NCBI GenBank assembly: GCA_028534125.1
Contig: CM052817.1
Span: 27,778,001 to 27,842,000, forward strand
Direction of reading: 5' to 3'
DNA: 64,000 nt
DNA from: Lama glama
Taxonomy: Eukaryota
This document shows positions 24,248-37,201 of this stretch, in pieces. Each line of letters starts with the position of its first letter. Within the stretch, counting starts at the first letter, position 1. The translations under genes and the position numbers were made by a program. The notes under the pieces were generated by a model that did no database searches, was not told the DNA's origin, and was given only the letters and a program-made list of their open reading frames with translations.

Positions 24248-24585
24248 CCACAGACGGGAACGTATCCCTCCAAAATTCATACGTTGCATCCTAATCTCCA
24301 ATGTGATCGTATTGGAGGTGGGGTATTTAGGAGATGATTAGGTCACAAGGGTGAAGCCCCCATGGATGGGATTAGTGCCCTTATGACAGACACTGGGAAG
24401 GCTCTTTCACAGGGGGATGATGGCCATCTGTGAACCAGGAAGTCTGCTCTCAGTGGATTCTGAATCCCCCAGCTCCTTGACTGGGACTTCCCAGCTTCCA
24501 GAACTATGAGACATAAATTGCTGTTGTCTATAAGCTCCCTGGTCTGTGGCATTCTGTAATAGCAGGTCGAGCTGACTGAGATACA
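24248..24585 (+). mobile_element. MLT1A-like MaLR LTR
   Basis: 'ccctccaaaattcatacgttg...gattaggtcacaagggtgaagcccccatggatgggattagtgcccttat...ctgactgagataca'. Confidence 0.85.
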
Positions 24586-24789
24586 CAGTGTACAGTGAGC
24601 CACGTTTTTATCTGCTGCCCTCACCCATTGCACTCAGTGCAGTTTTGAGACCATGAAATGCTCTCTCTCATCACCAGCCTTGGTCCCTGCTGTCCTTTGC
24701 CTGTGATACTCTTTGATTCCAGGTGCCCTATTCTCCATGCCTTTTTTTTTTTTTTTAAGACTATTCAGGGTTATTCTCTCAATTTTTAA

Positions 24790-25750
24790 AAGAGCTTTTT
24801 GGTAGACTTTTTTTTTTAAAAGAGGTTTTAGTTTTATAGAAAAATTGAGCAGGAAGTACAAAGAATTCTCATATGTATGTTTCCTTTCCACCCCCCTCTA
24901 CAGTTTCACCTATTAGTAACATCTTATATTAATGTGGTACCTTTGTTACCACTGATTAACCAAATATGATACCTTATTATTAACTGAAGTCCATCATTTA
25001 CAGCAGGGTTCACCTTATGTTGTATATAGTTTTATGATTCCGACAAATGCAATGTGCCATGTATCTACCATCACGGTATCATACAGATACTGTTTGCTCT
25101 CACTCCCCTAAACATCCCCTATGTTCTGCCTTTTCATCCCTTCCTCTCTTCCCCGACCCCTGGCAACCACTGAACCTTCTACTGTCTCCAGAATGTCATA
25201 TAGTTGGAATCATGCAGCCTCCCGCCTTTTCAGCTTGGCTTCTTTGACTCAGCGGTATGCATTTAAGGTGTCTTCATGAGGGTTCATGGCTTGCTATCTC
25301 ATTTCTATTTATTGTTGATAATATTGTATGGATGCACCACAGTTTGTTTATTCATTCACATATTGAAGGACATCTTGGTTGCTTCCACATTTGGGCAGTT
25401 ATGGAAAAAGCTGCTATAAACATGTATGCAAATTTTTATGTTTATGTGAGTTTTCAACTTACTTGGATAAACACCAAGGAATGTAATTGCTGGATGTAGG
25501 TTAAGACTATGTTTAGCTTTGTAAGAAACTTCCAAACTGTCTTCCAAAGTAGCAGTACCATTCTACATCACCCCTCACACTGTATGAAAATTACTGTTGC
25601 CTCACATCCTCACCAGCATTTGGTGCTGTCAGTGCTTTGGCCTTAAGTCATTAAGTAAGTACATAGTGGTATCTCATTATTGTTTTAAGTTGCATTTCCT
25701 TAATGACATGTGTTGTTGAGCCTCTTTTCATATACTTAATGCCATTTCTG
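24790..25750 (-). mobile_element. L1MC-type 3' fragment
   Basis: 'aaaaattgagcaggaagtacaaagaattctcatat...gaaggacatcttggttgcttcc...gtaagaaacttccaaactgtcttccaaagt'. Confidence 0.85.
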
Positions 25751-25807
25751 CTCATTTGAACTATCAGCTTAGTTGATACTTTCTGCAGGAAGGTTACTCA
25801 CCCCCAT

Positions 25808-26265
25808 TGTATCAGATAGCCTTTGCTGTGTAACAAGCCACTCCAGAATCCAGTAGCTTAAAACGACAATCATGCATCTGTGTGTCATATGGAGTTGAGC
25901 TGACTTAGGCTGGGTTGGGCTGGGTGGTTGTGCTTCAGGCTGCAGTGGCTGGGCTGCTCTGCTTCTCACTGTAGTCTTGTGTATCTGCTGGGGTGGCTCA
26001 GTCCTCATGTCTCACACCTTCTATGGACCAGTGGTGTGGCCAGTGTATGTTTTCATGGCAAAGGCAGAGGCACAAGAAGATGCATGGAAAAATGTGAAAT
26101 TTCTCAGAGCCTAGGCTCACTAGCACACACTTGCAGTTAACCAAAGTCCAAAATCACATGGCCAAGCTCAAAGTCAAAAGGCAGGCTGAGGCCTTAGCAA
26201 GGGTGCGGATGCGTGCATGCATGGAGGAGTAAAGAACTGGGGCCAAGAAGTCAACCTGCCACTGT
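25808..26265 (-). mobile_element. Old MLT1 LTR
   Basis: 'tttgctgtgtaacaagccactccagaatccagtagcttaaaacgacaa...cacatggccaagctcaaagtcaa'. Confidence 0.75.
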
Positions 26266-27330
26266 CTGCCCCTTTGGTCACAAAAATAACTGAAATAAAT
26301 ACTTCTGTTTAACACACTCCTATTTCTTCCCACATGACACAGGCCATAGCAAGTCACGTGGTCAAGCTCAAAGTCAAATGACACCATGATGAAGCCATGG
26401 CAAGGGAGACATAAAGAAGTGGGGTCAAAACTACCCCCATGAAAATGGAAATGGAAGAATGGTAGCCCTTCATGTCCATCACCTGCTTTGACCAGTCCTG
26501 GAAGGGCATATTGTCTTTAAAGAAATCTTCGCATCTGTGCAAATTTCTCGGAATGCTTCTGGCCTGGGAAAAGGTGGGGGCTCAGACATTTTTTTTCACA
26601 TTTCAAACAGTCAAGTCCATTTTAGTCAAGGCTAGGAATACCTTTGCCAATGATTCTCTCAAAATTTTTCTCAGTTTTACAAATAAACGGAAACAAACAA
26701 CAAACAAAATAAGCGGCGAGAAAGCACATTTTTTGTCGTAGAAAGGTGAGATAAAGGAATGAATTTTCTTAAATGAATAAATAAAAGGAGAAGAGCAACT
26801 AAAATTTTATCCCATACATATTTCCATAGGCATAGTGTTAGGGATTTAAGTAATTCAAGATTGTACTAAAACATACAGTTAATAAAATCATTTATAACAG
26901 GTATTATCTTGGTAGTAGTATATTGAAATGGATATTTTAACTTCCCTGAATCTAAGTAGGTCAGATTAAACAAGGTGTTCTTCAGTGAAAATGTTTGTGC
27001 AATTAGTATAATTTGTGTAATTAGTGGTTAACATGTAAGTCCTAAGAAAGTCTGTTTAGAAGATGTCACAACCACTGAGAAAGTGAATGACTAATGTCTG
27101 GGTACAGACTTTATGCAAAAATGATGGTTTCTAATTCTTTGCATTTAAGAAAATTACAATAGAGTTTAATTGGGTTTTCAATTGATAGAACTTTTAAATT
27201 TAGCTTTGGTAAATGGTTACTCTGTGATTTTAGCATTTACTTCAGAAGACGTTCAAAGAATTGAATGACATGGCTCTGACCAAATTCCTTCCATTCTCAT
27301 TAACTTCATTTAAGGGCACAATTTCTCAGC

Positions 27331-27392
27331 ATATATATATATATATATACACACACACATATATATATGTACACACACACATACACATACTA
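27331..27392. repeat. (TA)n/(CA)n compound microsatellite
   Basis: Read directly. Confidence 0.9.
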
Positions 27393-27629
27393 TAAACAAA
27401 CAAGAAAATAAAATGAATAAAATTGAGGAAAAACCTGTATGAGTTTTTTTAATGTATTTTTTCCTGGCCCACCAATGTGTCGGAATCATTTGGGACATGC
27501 CTCTCTGTATCTCTGTCTGTCTGTCTTTCTCCATATTTGCTGTTAATCTGGGCATATCAGGTTGCTTGTGGGACTGTGCATAAGTTTTCCAGGAACCTGG
27601 TTGTCCAGCCAAAAGGATCTCCTCCTAGC

Positions 27630-27800
27630 CCAGGGCTACTCCAAGGTGCAGCATCAGCATCACTTGGAACCTGGTCCAAACACAAGTTCTTAAGCTCCTC
27701 CCCACAACCACTGACTCAGAATCTCCAGGGCTGGTGCCCCGGTGTCTGTGTTAACAAGCCTTCCAGGTGACTCTGGAGCAGACTAAAGCTTGAGCGCACT
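27630..27800. mobile_element. MER5A hAT MITE
   Basis: 'cagcatcagcatcacttggaac...actgactcagaatctc...ttaacaagccttccaggtgactct'. Confidence 0.75.
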
Positions 27801-28339
27801 CTCCTGGATGGCACCTTATTTCTTTTAGAGTTTGGTCATGACCCTGAGGACCTGGCTTAACCGGCAGTGCCCAGGACTGGTCCTTGTTTCTAAGGTGTAT
27901 CTTGGTGACCACAGCCTTGACTTGATCTTTGTCTCCAGGCTGTGCGGTATTTGAGAATCTTTAACTGGCTGGGAAGTCTGGCAATGAAAGAGTCTTATTT
28001 TCCAACCCAGCTAGTTCTGCGCTCTCTGTGAGCCCTCTAAATTCTGCTTGCGATCTGACTGCTTCTCTGAGTGGCACCATACCACATGCGGCTGAAAGCG
28101 ACCAGCTGCTGGTTGTCATTGTTGGCCTGGCAGTCGTTTTGTCCAAGTCTCCGGGTCATTAGGTGCATTTTCTATCTTCTACATTAACTCAGGTGACAGT
28201 TTTACCAGATGTTTTATCATCACATAGCATAGATCACTCTTTCCTAGTCTTGATAACAGTGTCTTTGCTATTTTTTCAGCCTCTATCTGCCTTCTAAGAC
28301 CAAAGCTAAGACCATACATTTTAGGACTTTATTGAGGCA

Positions 28340-28750
28340 CCAGTTTCTGCAAGGGTTTGATATTGTTCCATAACAAACCACTCCAAAACTTAGTGCTTAA
28401 AATAATAATTATTTATTGTTGCTCACCTGTCCATGGGCTGGCTGGGATTCAGCTGATAGGCTGGGTTTGCTCGCGTGGCTCTGCTCCAGGTGTCTCACGT
28501 CTTCCTTGGACCAGTGGGTGAGCCCCAGTCCATTCTTCTCATCAAAATGGTAGATGGCCAAGAAGGCAAGTGGGAATATGTGACGCTTCTTAAATCCTAC
28601 GCTCAGAACTAGCACACTATCACTCTGCCCATGTGTTGCTGGCTAAAGCAAGTCATGTGGTCAAGCCTGAAGCCAAGGGACACCCATGATGAAAACATGA
28701 CAAGAGTATGGATACAGGGAGGGGTAAAGAATTGAGAATAATACTTCAGT
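28340..28750 (-). mobile_element. Old MLT1 LTR
   Basis: 'cataacaaaccactccaaaacttagtgcttaaaataataa...ggctaaagcaagtcatgtggtcaagcc'. Confidence 0.75.
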
Positions 28751-28849
28751 CTGGCATCGCCTCCTGCATAAAAATAGGAATCTCTCCTATGTATTACCAA
28801 AACTCTTAAAATTTTCCTTCCAGAGCATTTGTGTCGCTGTTTTTCATTT

Positions 28850-28970
28850 CTTCCTCTCACCTATTAAACTGAATTCCAGAAGAGCGAGGGCTATGTCATC
28901 GTTGTGCCTCCAGAGCCCAGACAGTGCCTGGCACAAAGTAGATGCTCAGTAAATGCTTGTGGAACAAGTG
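28850..28970 (+). mobile_element. L2 3' end
   Basis: 'acagtgcctggcacaaagtagatgctcagtaaatgcttgtggaa'. Confidence 0.7.
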
Positions 28971-31144
28971 AAGGACCAGACGCAGGAGTGAGTGCTTTCC
29001 TGAAGGGCCGCTTGCCAAGTTAGATCTACAGAGACTACGAATTCGGTTCTGACTTGGAATGTCGTCTAGACATTTAATTTGAACCTTCAAGATTTTCACT
29101 GGTATGTCTTCTTAGGAAAATAAAACTTACATTTATGTTTGAAATTCATAGAAGCAAAGTGATGCTTAGCGTTTGGAAGACACCATAAACGGAAAAAGAG
29201 TAACAAAAGGGAAAAAAAAAAGAAGGAACTGAAGGGAAACTGTTGAAAGGGGAGAGCGGGTGAAATCCCTGTGTGGGTTTTCATGCTACTTTCTCCCTTT
29301 TCCTCAGACTTCTTTCCAAAAGGATGAGTGAGGGAGTCCTAAGTAGCTGTCCCCGGGGGCCCAGCCTGTCGCTGCCTGTGTTTTGTCATCTGAGCCCAGA
29401 ATCAGTCGGAGAGGGGATAGTGCTGGAGTAAAAGCTCCTTGTGAAGCCCTGCTGGCGGACTGTGTGACGACCTCGCGAGCCACGTGGTTCAGTTTGACGT
29501 CTGCCAGACCTGCCACACCGCCCTTCCGCCGTGTTCACAGCCTGGCTGCCACTGCCTGCAACAGTGACACTATTTCTCCCCTTCATAACCCACTCTTCTC
29601 TGTCTGTTCTTCCAGAATTTCATTGTTACAAACACGTTGCAGCGCTTGGGGCTGAAAGGAGAAAGAAATATTTAAATTCCACCAGACTCTAAGGTCAGTG
29701 CCAATCGAATGACTCCCTCTGTCTGGACAGCCTAGATCTCTGCTTCTCAGTACAAGCCCTTCACGTTGGTTGAGTCCCATGATCTTGCTCGTGCTGGGCC
29801 TGGCCTTTCCCCCCAGGCTCCGCAGAACTCACCCCATCCAGCCTTCACGTGGGGAGCACCACGCAGGACACGGGCCAGGGGGTGGTGCTGCCGTGGACTC
29901 AGCGGCCTGCTCTGCTCCCTACTGGCTGTGTCACTTGAGGGGAGTTATCTAACCTCTCTGAGCTCGGTTTTTTCATTTGTAAATGGGAACAGCAGAGGAC
30001 TGTTGTGGGCGTGAGTCATCGCATCACATACAGCAGAGAAAGTGCCCGGCACACAACTTTCTGAAAAAGAGACTCACCCCGGGGCTCTCCCTTCTCCTTG
30101 CTCACACTTCTCAGGCAGAATTTGCCACCTTGTATGGTCTTCATGATTCCATGGGTTTACTCTTGCCTATCGCTTCAGATTAAATTTCCTTATGAGCAGG
30201 AAGCCTTGACTGTGTTCTTTTGAGCCCTTTATAGTACTTGGTGTTGATTGGTTATATGATGCGACACGACTAAATCTCTGTCTTAAAAAACCAACCTATT
30301 TTAACTGTTGTACAACGTGTTCTGTTTTGTGTAAAGTTTCCGAGTGTTTGAGGATACAGAGTAGAGTTTCAGAGATCTCTTTATGAATGTTTCATGTTGA
30401 CATGTGGCTTCCGGATTAAGAAAAACATTTAAGGAGCCTGGGTATCTGACACTTAAGAGTTTGTTTATTTGACACATTTTTGTGTATGCCAGGCTGGCTG
30501 TTCCCGGCTCTGAAACTGATGAACAAGACAGGAAAAAAAAATCAAGCAAACAGGCAAAACCCACTCTACCTGCAAGGAGCTTATATTCTAGTAGTTTATA
30601 GTACTAAAATACATAACATTTCTTGGAATTTTTTTTTAACTCACTGCCTTTGAAGACTGCTTTTTGTGTATCTCCTAAATTACTCTGTTTCAAACAAAAT
30701 ACTAGGAGCTGTGAAAAATTATTACAAAAGTTTACTTATTTATTTGTCAGCTGTTGTTCTTCACATTTAAATACATTAACTTATTAATTCTCATGGTAAC
30801 ATGAGAAGGTGGGTACTATTTATTATGCCCATCTTAGAGATTACAAAAGTGAGGCATGGGGAGGGTCAGTAAGTGCCAGATTTACATCCAGAGGTGATGA
30901 GCAGAGATCTTAGCTGCAGCATCATCCTGAACTTTTACTGAAAAGAAAGTACAGCAAGTTTTGAGTTTCCTAAGGAAAAGACCTAAAAGCTAGATTTATT
31001 TAACCAGAAAACCTTTTCTCTTTGTATCATATTCTTGTCTTTTCAAAGGCAGTAACAGAGAAGTTGGTCTGGGATGGAGATGATAACAAAGGGGGAGGTG
31101 AACACAGGGGGTGAGGAAGGGATGAGGTGTAAGAAACCCGGGAG

Positions 31145-31765
31145 TGTGCTGTGGTGCAGTCACTGTGGAGAACGATACGATGGTTCCTCAAAAAGTGAAA
31201 CATGGAATTGCTATACGATCCAGCAATTCTGGATCTACATCCCGAAAAACTGAAAGCAGGGACTTGAACAGATACTTGTACGCTCATGTTCATAGCAGCA
31301 TTATTCACAACAGCCAAAAGGCAGAAATAACCTGAATGTCTATTGATGAACAAAATATGTTACATACATGAAATGGAATATTATTCAGTCAAAAAAAGTA
31401 ATTCTGATACACACAACAACATAGATGAACCTTGAAGCTATTACACTAAGTGAAATAAGCCAGTGACAAAAAGACAGACATTGTATGATTCCACGTATAT
31501 GACGTAATTAGAGTAGTCAGATTCAAAGAGACAGAAAGGAGAATGGTGATTGCCAGGGGCTGGGGGTGGGGAGAAAGGAGACTTATTTAATGGGGACAGA
31601 GTTTCAGCTGGGGAAGATGAAAAGAGTTCTCGATGCTGAAAGAGTTCTGGACGGATGGAGGTGGTGGTTGTACAACAACGTGAATGTACTTAAAGCCACA
31701 GAAGTGCACACTTAAAAATGGCTAAAATGGTAAATTATGTGCTGTGTGTATTTTGCCACAATTAA
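31145..31765 (+). mobile_element. L1MB-type 3' fragment
   Basis: 'catgttcatagcagcattattcacaacagccaaaagg...ctaagtgaaataagccag...gtattttgccacaatt'. Confidence 0.88.
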
Positions 31766-32699
31766 CAACAACCAAAAAAGAGAAGTCTGGAGGAGGGGTC
31801 TGGGAAGCGTGCCCTTTAGACCCAGGGGTTTACAGGAGTCACAATTTGCCCTCTTCTTTCCTTGAACTCAGGTTGCTCAGAGGGCAGGTACCAACCTGGG
31901 GTCACACCTGAGAAGATTCAGTTCAAGCCCTCGTGGTTGGTGTCAAACTCGATTTGAAGAACTTCTTTGCCTCTGATGCTCATGCACAAGTAGGAACGGC
32001 TCTCCTGTCCCCGCGGCTTTCAGTGCAGTTGGAGGCAGTTCAGGCCCTGCAGACCCCATGCTCCACGGGGAGCCAAGGGGGCTGGGGCGGGAGCGGGGTG
32101 TGAAGCTCTTCCTCCAAGGCAGTGACCTTTCCCTGCAGAAGTGGGGAGATGCTCGCTCGCTGCCCAGATGTGCTCAGGACCCTGCTTGGGATCAGGCCTG
32201 TCAGCCAGAAAGCCAGCAGGTGTGCGGAGGGAGGAAGCCAGGCTTCTGGGAAAGGTTGCGCCCTCACCCCACCTTCCCTGGGCTGCACGTGGTGGGGGGC
32301 ACCACTCCTCTCAGGCGGGCCCTGAAACCACAGCTTCAAAGCTTGTCAGGGTTTAAGTCTCAGTTTTCCCTCAAGATGAGTTGAGCTTTGTGGTGCTGAG
32401 CACGAGGGGGCGAGGGGGCGCTTGGGATGAACCAACCTCCTGGAAGATGCCCGAGGGGCTGAGATTTGCATCTACTGCTTGGCCTCCAGAAAAGGGGGGC
32501 TTCACCTGGGCTGCATCTGAGAAAGTTGGAGCACAGCCTCTGCTTCTGTGGGCGCCAAGTTCTAGACTTTTTCCTTTAGAACTCTCTAGAACTGGAGAGA
32601 GTTCTTGACAACAGATTGACATACTGGAAGAGTAAAAGATACGCTGTGGAAGCAGCTTGCCCCAGGTTGATGCATATTTTATTTAACCAACGCTTCCCC

Positions 32700-33720
32700 T
32701 GCAGCCCCCAAGTGCTTTACAAAGAGTAACTTTTATAGCCGTCCTAACAGCCTTATGAAGTATCTGTCCCATTGTACAGATGACAAAGCTGAGGCACAGA
32801 GAGGTTAAGTAACTTGCTGAAGGTGACCCAGCTTGTAAGAGGTGGTACCAGGTAACCTGAGGTCAAATTTTTTCTTCTAACCACCATTTGGAGGGAAGAC
32901 TTGAAGAGTCCAGTACAAGTCCTACTGTGGCTCTGTCTTTAAGAGCTGCAACTTCTGGTGCCATCTGACACATCCCCTGAGCTTTACAAAAGCAGCCACA
33001 GCTTCAGCACTGAAGGCTTACTTTTCTGAGGCTCAACTTCTGAGTCCCTCCTTCTGAGAAAAATGGAGACAGCACATTCTAATTCGGTCAGCAGCTTAGA
33101 ACGGGTGGATTGCTCTGCAGAATGAATGGGGTGGAGGCTAGCACCAGCCTGGAACACCAGGCCCCAGTGGCAAATGCATGATTTGTGCTTATTAAAGAGA
33201 TTGACTGCACAAAGGGATTCCTCGATTTCTTGCAGGAGCCGAATGATATGATAAACAGAACAAAGTTTTGGAGACAGAAGCCCAGCTGTGTGACCTTGAG
33301 TAAGTCCCCATCTCTCTTTAAGTCTAGTTCTCTTGTTACAGAACAGAGCCAATAATACCTTCTCACAGGGTGCCTACACAGACTGAGTAAGCTGGTATAG
33401 GGCTGATCTGATGATCCGATAGTCAACTGCGAGAAGTGACATTCCAAGAGGGTGTGCCACAAGAAGACTGGGGATCTGGAGGTGTGCTCTGGAATGGGAA
33501 CATCCCTAGCTGGGAGGTGCGGCGGAATGAAAGATGGGGGCTTTAGGAGCCAGCCACTTCTGGGATCAACTCCTGGCTCTGTCACTTGCTACCTCTGTGA
33601 CCTTGGGAAAAAATATCTAAACTCTCTAATTTCAGTTTCATCAATAAAATGAGCATGTTAATACACATCTCTCAGGGCTGTCAAATTTTATGAAATAATG
33701 AATGTAGAGGTTGTGAAAAA
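32700..33720. mobile_element. Cluster of MIR SINE fragments
   Basis: MIR cores: 'cagatgacaaagctgaggcacagagaggttaagtaacttg' (minus), 'gctgtgtgaccttgagtaagtc' and 'ctctgtcacttgctacctctgtgaccttggg' (plus). Confidence 0.75.
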
Positions 33721-35499
33721 TGCCAGTTTTCTCCAGCCTTCTAGTCCATAGCTTCATCTGTTAAATAGCAGTAAGAATATCCATCTCTGAGTGTTTATGG
33801 CAGAAAAGCACTCCTCCCAGCTTTCGTCGTACCTATTGTGGCTGTTATTTGTAGCCGTCAACCTTGTTGAATGACATATAACGCAGGAGGAGGGAGGAGA
33901 ATCACGGACGGTGACAGGAGCTTATCGGAGGCTGCTCTAGTCGACAAGCTCTGGGGGCATTTTCCCCATTTCCCTCTTGTCCAAGTCATTCCTCTGTGTC
34001 ACTGGCACATGCTGAGTCTTTGTACTGGGACTTGGAGGCCTAGGTCTTGAGGAGGACAAAGCCAAGGATGCCTCTCTCTCCTCCCCTGTCTTTCCCTCTG
34101 TAAACTCACTTCTTGACAACATCTTTCAGTTTTGACCCCAAAGAGGGGGCACTTCTGTCCCAATAATACAAGGATGTCTGGTGGGTCCACGAATGGGCTT
34201 CAGATGAGGTGTGTGGCCCCTGACACTGGTTCACATTTCTTCAGCTAGAGGAGCCTGGGCATTCATGAGGCTCCCCCAGCCCCTCTCCTGCAAAGCTTAG
34301 GAAGCACAGTTCTGAGGGAAGATGGATGCAGAAATGCTACCCCATTTGGGACCTAAACACTATTTCTTTCTGCAAAAGGCTGGGAGGCCGATTTCATTGG
34401 AACTTTTCCCACTCTCTTTAACACAGAAGTTGTAGCAATAAAAAAAGGTCAAAATCTTTTGTGCAATTTCTTTCCCTCAAGTATTTATTTTTACTCTCAT
34501 GGGAGGAAGTCCTGTGTCTTGGGCCCAACAGACCCCCGTCTCTGGACCTGCCCACAGACCAGGTAAACTTGCCTTTTCTAGGAGATCTTTGTCCTTGAAC
34601 CCCTTAACTCCGTGATGAATGTTGTCATTAAAAGTCCGCAGCTGAGCAGAAGCCCTCCTGGACTCAGAGTTATTGAGTCTTTCTGCCTCTGTGAGATGGT
34701 TACTGGGTAGGGGGGTCTGAGTGACCTCGTGAACTTTCCTTACCACCAAAAACAGCCTTGCCCAACGCACCTGACCCCCAGAGGCCAGAACTCTAGTTGT
34801 ATCATTTAAAGAAATTTCTTCTTATTCAACTTCTAGAGGGTCCTCGCTTGTGGCTTTTGAAAGCCATTTGGCCCAAAACAAGCACCGCAGAATGACTGGC
34901 TCTCTTTGGCATTTGTTCACCATAAATCCAGCCCAGCTTAGGTGAATCTCAGCTTGGGCTGGAAAGAGAACTTGCTTAGTTATGCTGGGTCATAGGCACT
35001 AAATTGAGCCGTATTGTTCCTTTTCTTTGGTGATAGAAACAAGCCCACGGACTGCTCAGCTTTTGTCAGTGACTGTAATCGGTCAAGTCTGCTTGCTGAG
35101 CCATAACTCAGAAGGAAAAAGTCTGATAACTTAGTCTGAGCTTCACCTTTCATGAGCCATCAGTTCATACATCACCCATGACATGAAAAAGGCCTCATTC
35201 CCACAGCGTTAGCCCCAGAAGGCTTTTCCTGGTGTTAAGTTCTTAAAAATAGCATTTGGGCTTAGGACATCATTCTCCAAAATTTTACACAAGTGCCCAT
35301 GATTCTACTAAATCAGCCCTGCAGGATAATTCCTCAGGGCTCCTTCTGTTTATTTAGGCCAGAGTGAGCATTCAGGAAAGTAATATTTTGCAGGTCAATA
35401 CTTTATTGCCTGATCCAGGCTACAACATGTACTACACCTTGAACACCAGTCAACAGGGGCTCTGAGGGTGGAGGTTTGCCTGCTTGTCGTTGAGAACAT

Positions 35500-35790
35500 C
35501 AATCATTGACCACGTATTTACTGAACATCTACCCTGTGCCAGGCACGGTATCAGACACAGGGGCCAAGGCAGGGATGAGGGTGGGCAGGCTCTTGGTCTT
35601 CTGAAGTTTGTATTTTATGGAGGCGCTCGACCAAATAAACCAAATCATTGTAGACAGGCAGTAGGACTATGAAGGAAGTAACTAGGGTGAGGCGATAAGG
35701 CACAATGAAGACCGGGAGGGTCACGGAAGGTGCCTCTGCCGCAAGACATTTCAGCTGACCCTGAAGGATGAGAAGGGGCCAGCTGGGCCA
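35500..35790 (-). mobile_element. L2 fragment
   Basis: 'tatttactgaacatctaccctgtgccaggcac...gacatttcagctgaccctgaaggatgagaagg'. Confidence 0.7.
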
Positions 35791-36155
35791 GAGGAGAGAA
35801 GTGAGCCAGCAAGGGACCCTTTCCTCATCTTAATATTGCTGGATAATGATCACTCATGGCTTCTTCATCCACCAGATGATTAGAAACCTGAACTTTTGTC
35901 TCACTTAGAATACGGCTTGAGACTAGCTAGTTGTGATGTTGGGAGATTCAAAGAATTATCCTGAGTAGTTGAGCCATTGTAGAGAAGAATCCCCTTTTCT
36001 GCAGACCCCCTGCTGGAACCTGGGGGTGTTCTGCCTGCGGGAAGGGTGAACCTAGATCACCCCTGCCTGGTTCACTGCAGCCCAGGGAGGACACCAAGAA
36101 CGAGCCTCGTTGATCCACAGGCTCCCGGTGGAGAAATTACTTCCTGGTTGTACAT

Positions 36156-36174
36156 TAGTCACCAGGGGGAGTGG
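36156..36174 (+). promoter_or_regulatory. Candidate CTCF site
   Basis: TAGTCACCAGGGGGAGTGG matches the CTCF core CCACCAGGGGGCGC with few mismatches, in non-repeat sequence. Confidence 0.4.
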
Positions 36175-36799
36175 ACTTTCCTTCCAGAGGTCAGGCATGC
36201 TGTTTAGTACCGAGATTCCTAACTTACGGAAAACTGGGGCATCCTGATGTCATTTGTTAGAGTTCATGATTACCTCATCCTCTGAAAGTGCCGTGAGGCT
36301 TGTGCTTTTGTTAAACATTTAACTGGATATAAAATTCATTTCACTTTGAGGGGTTTTGAGAAATTGATGAAACCCCAGGTGTTGCAAAACCGTTTCTAAG
36401 ACTTGAATAGTACAATGATCCGTTCGGGACCCTAACAGCCAGAAAGAATAGTTTCCTAAGGTGCTTACGTAGCTCAGGAAGGGAGGCAATTTCACCATCT
36501 GAAACAAGGGAAACTCTGAAGAAAAAAGCAGTGGTAGGCTTGCATTTGGATAAAATGTTTGGGTAGAACGGTGGGCGATTTGCCTGACCTTTGAGAAGTA
36601 CAGACAGTTCCCGGGTTTACCCACACCACGCAGGCACGATTCCCAGAACTGCTGCTCGCCACCGATGGCAGTGGTGATGTGGGGCCCCCATTTCTCCTTC
36701 GTGGATCTAGAGGTGCTGAGATTTCCTGTCCCACTCCTTCGTGAAGCCTGCCACAACATTTCCTGGGAGATGCTCAGTGAAATTTTTTCACTTGTTCAC

Positions 36800-37201
36800 T
36801 GTTATGAATTGAACTGTGTCCCTTAAACAAGACATTGAATTCCTAACCCCCATTACCTGTGAATGTGACCTTACTTGGAAATTAGGTCTTTGCAAATGAT
36901 CCAGTTAAGATGAGGTCATTAGGTTAGGCCCTAATCCAGCGTCTGTATAAAAAGGGGAAATTTGAACAGAGAGACAGGCATGCATATAGGGAAGACAGTG
37001 TGAAGACACAGGAAGTCTACGAGCCAAGGATCCCCTGAAGTGACCAGAAGCTAGAAAGAGGCATGGAATAGCCTCACAGCCCAGAAGGACCAACCCTGCT
37101 GACAGCTTAACTTTGGCCTTCCAGTCTCCAGAACTCTGAAACAATAAATTGCTGTTAAGCCACCTAGCACCGTGTTACTGCAGCTTTCGGAAGCTAACCC
37201 A
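36800..37201 (+). mobile_element. MLT1B/C MaLR LTR
   Basis: 'tgttatgaattgaactgtgtccc...acctgtgaatgtgaccttacttggaaattaggtctttgca...ttaagatgaggtcatt'. Confidence 0.85.

Noticed and set aside
29445..29570. Cys-rich frame containing CxxCH (29502-29516)
   Set aside because: About 40 codons between stops, with no ATG and no clear splice sites. Probably coincidental.
33088..33585. Longest ORF in the track (165 aa, minus)
   Set aside because: It overlaps MIR fragments, has a non-ATG start and shows no recognisable domain.
36319..36759. 146-aa minus-strand ORF
   Set aside because: No recognisable homology or exon context. This length is attainable by chance in 64 kb over six frames.
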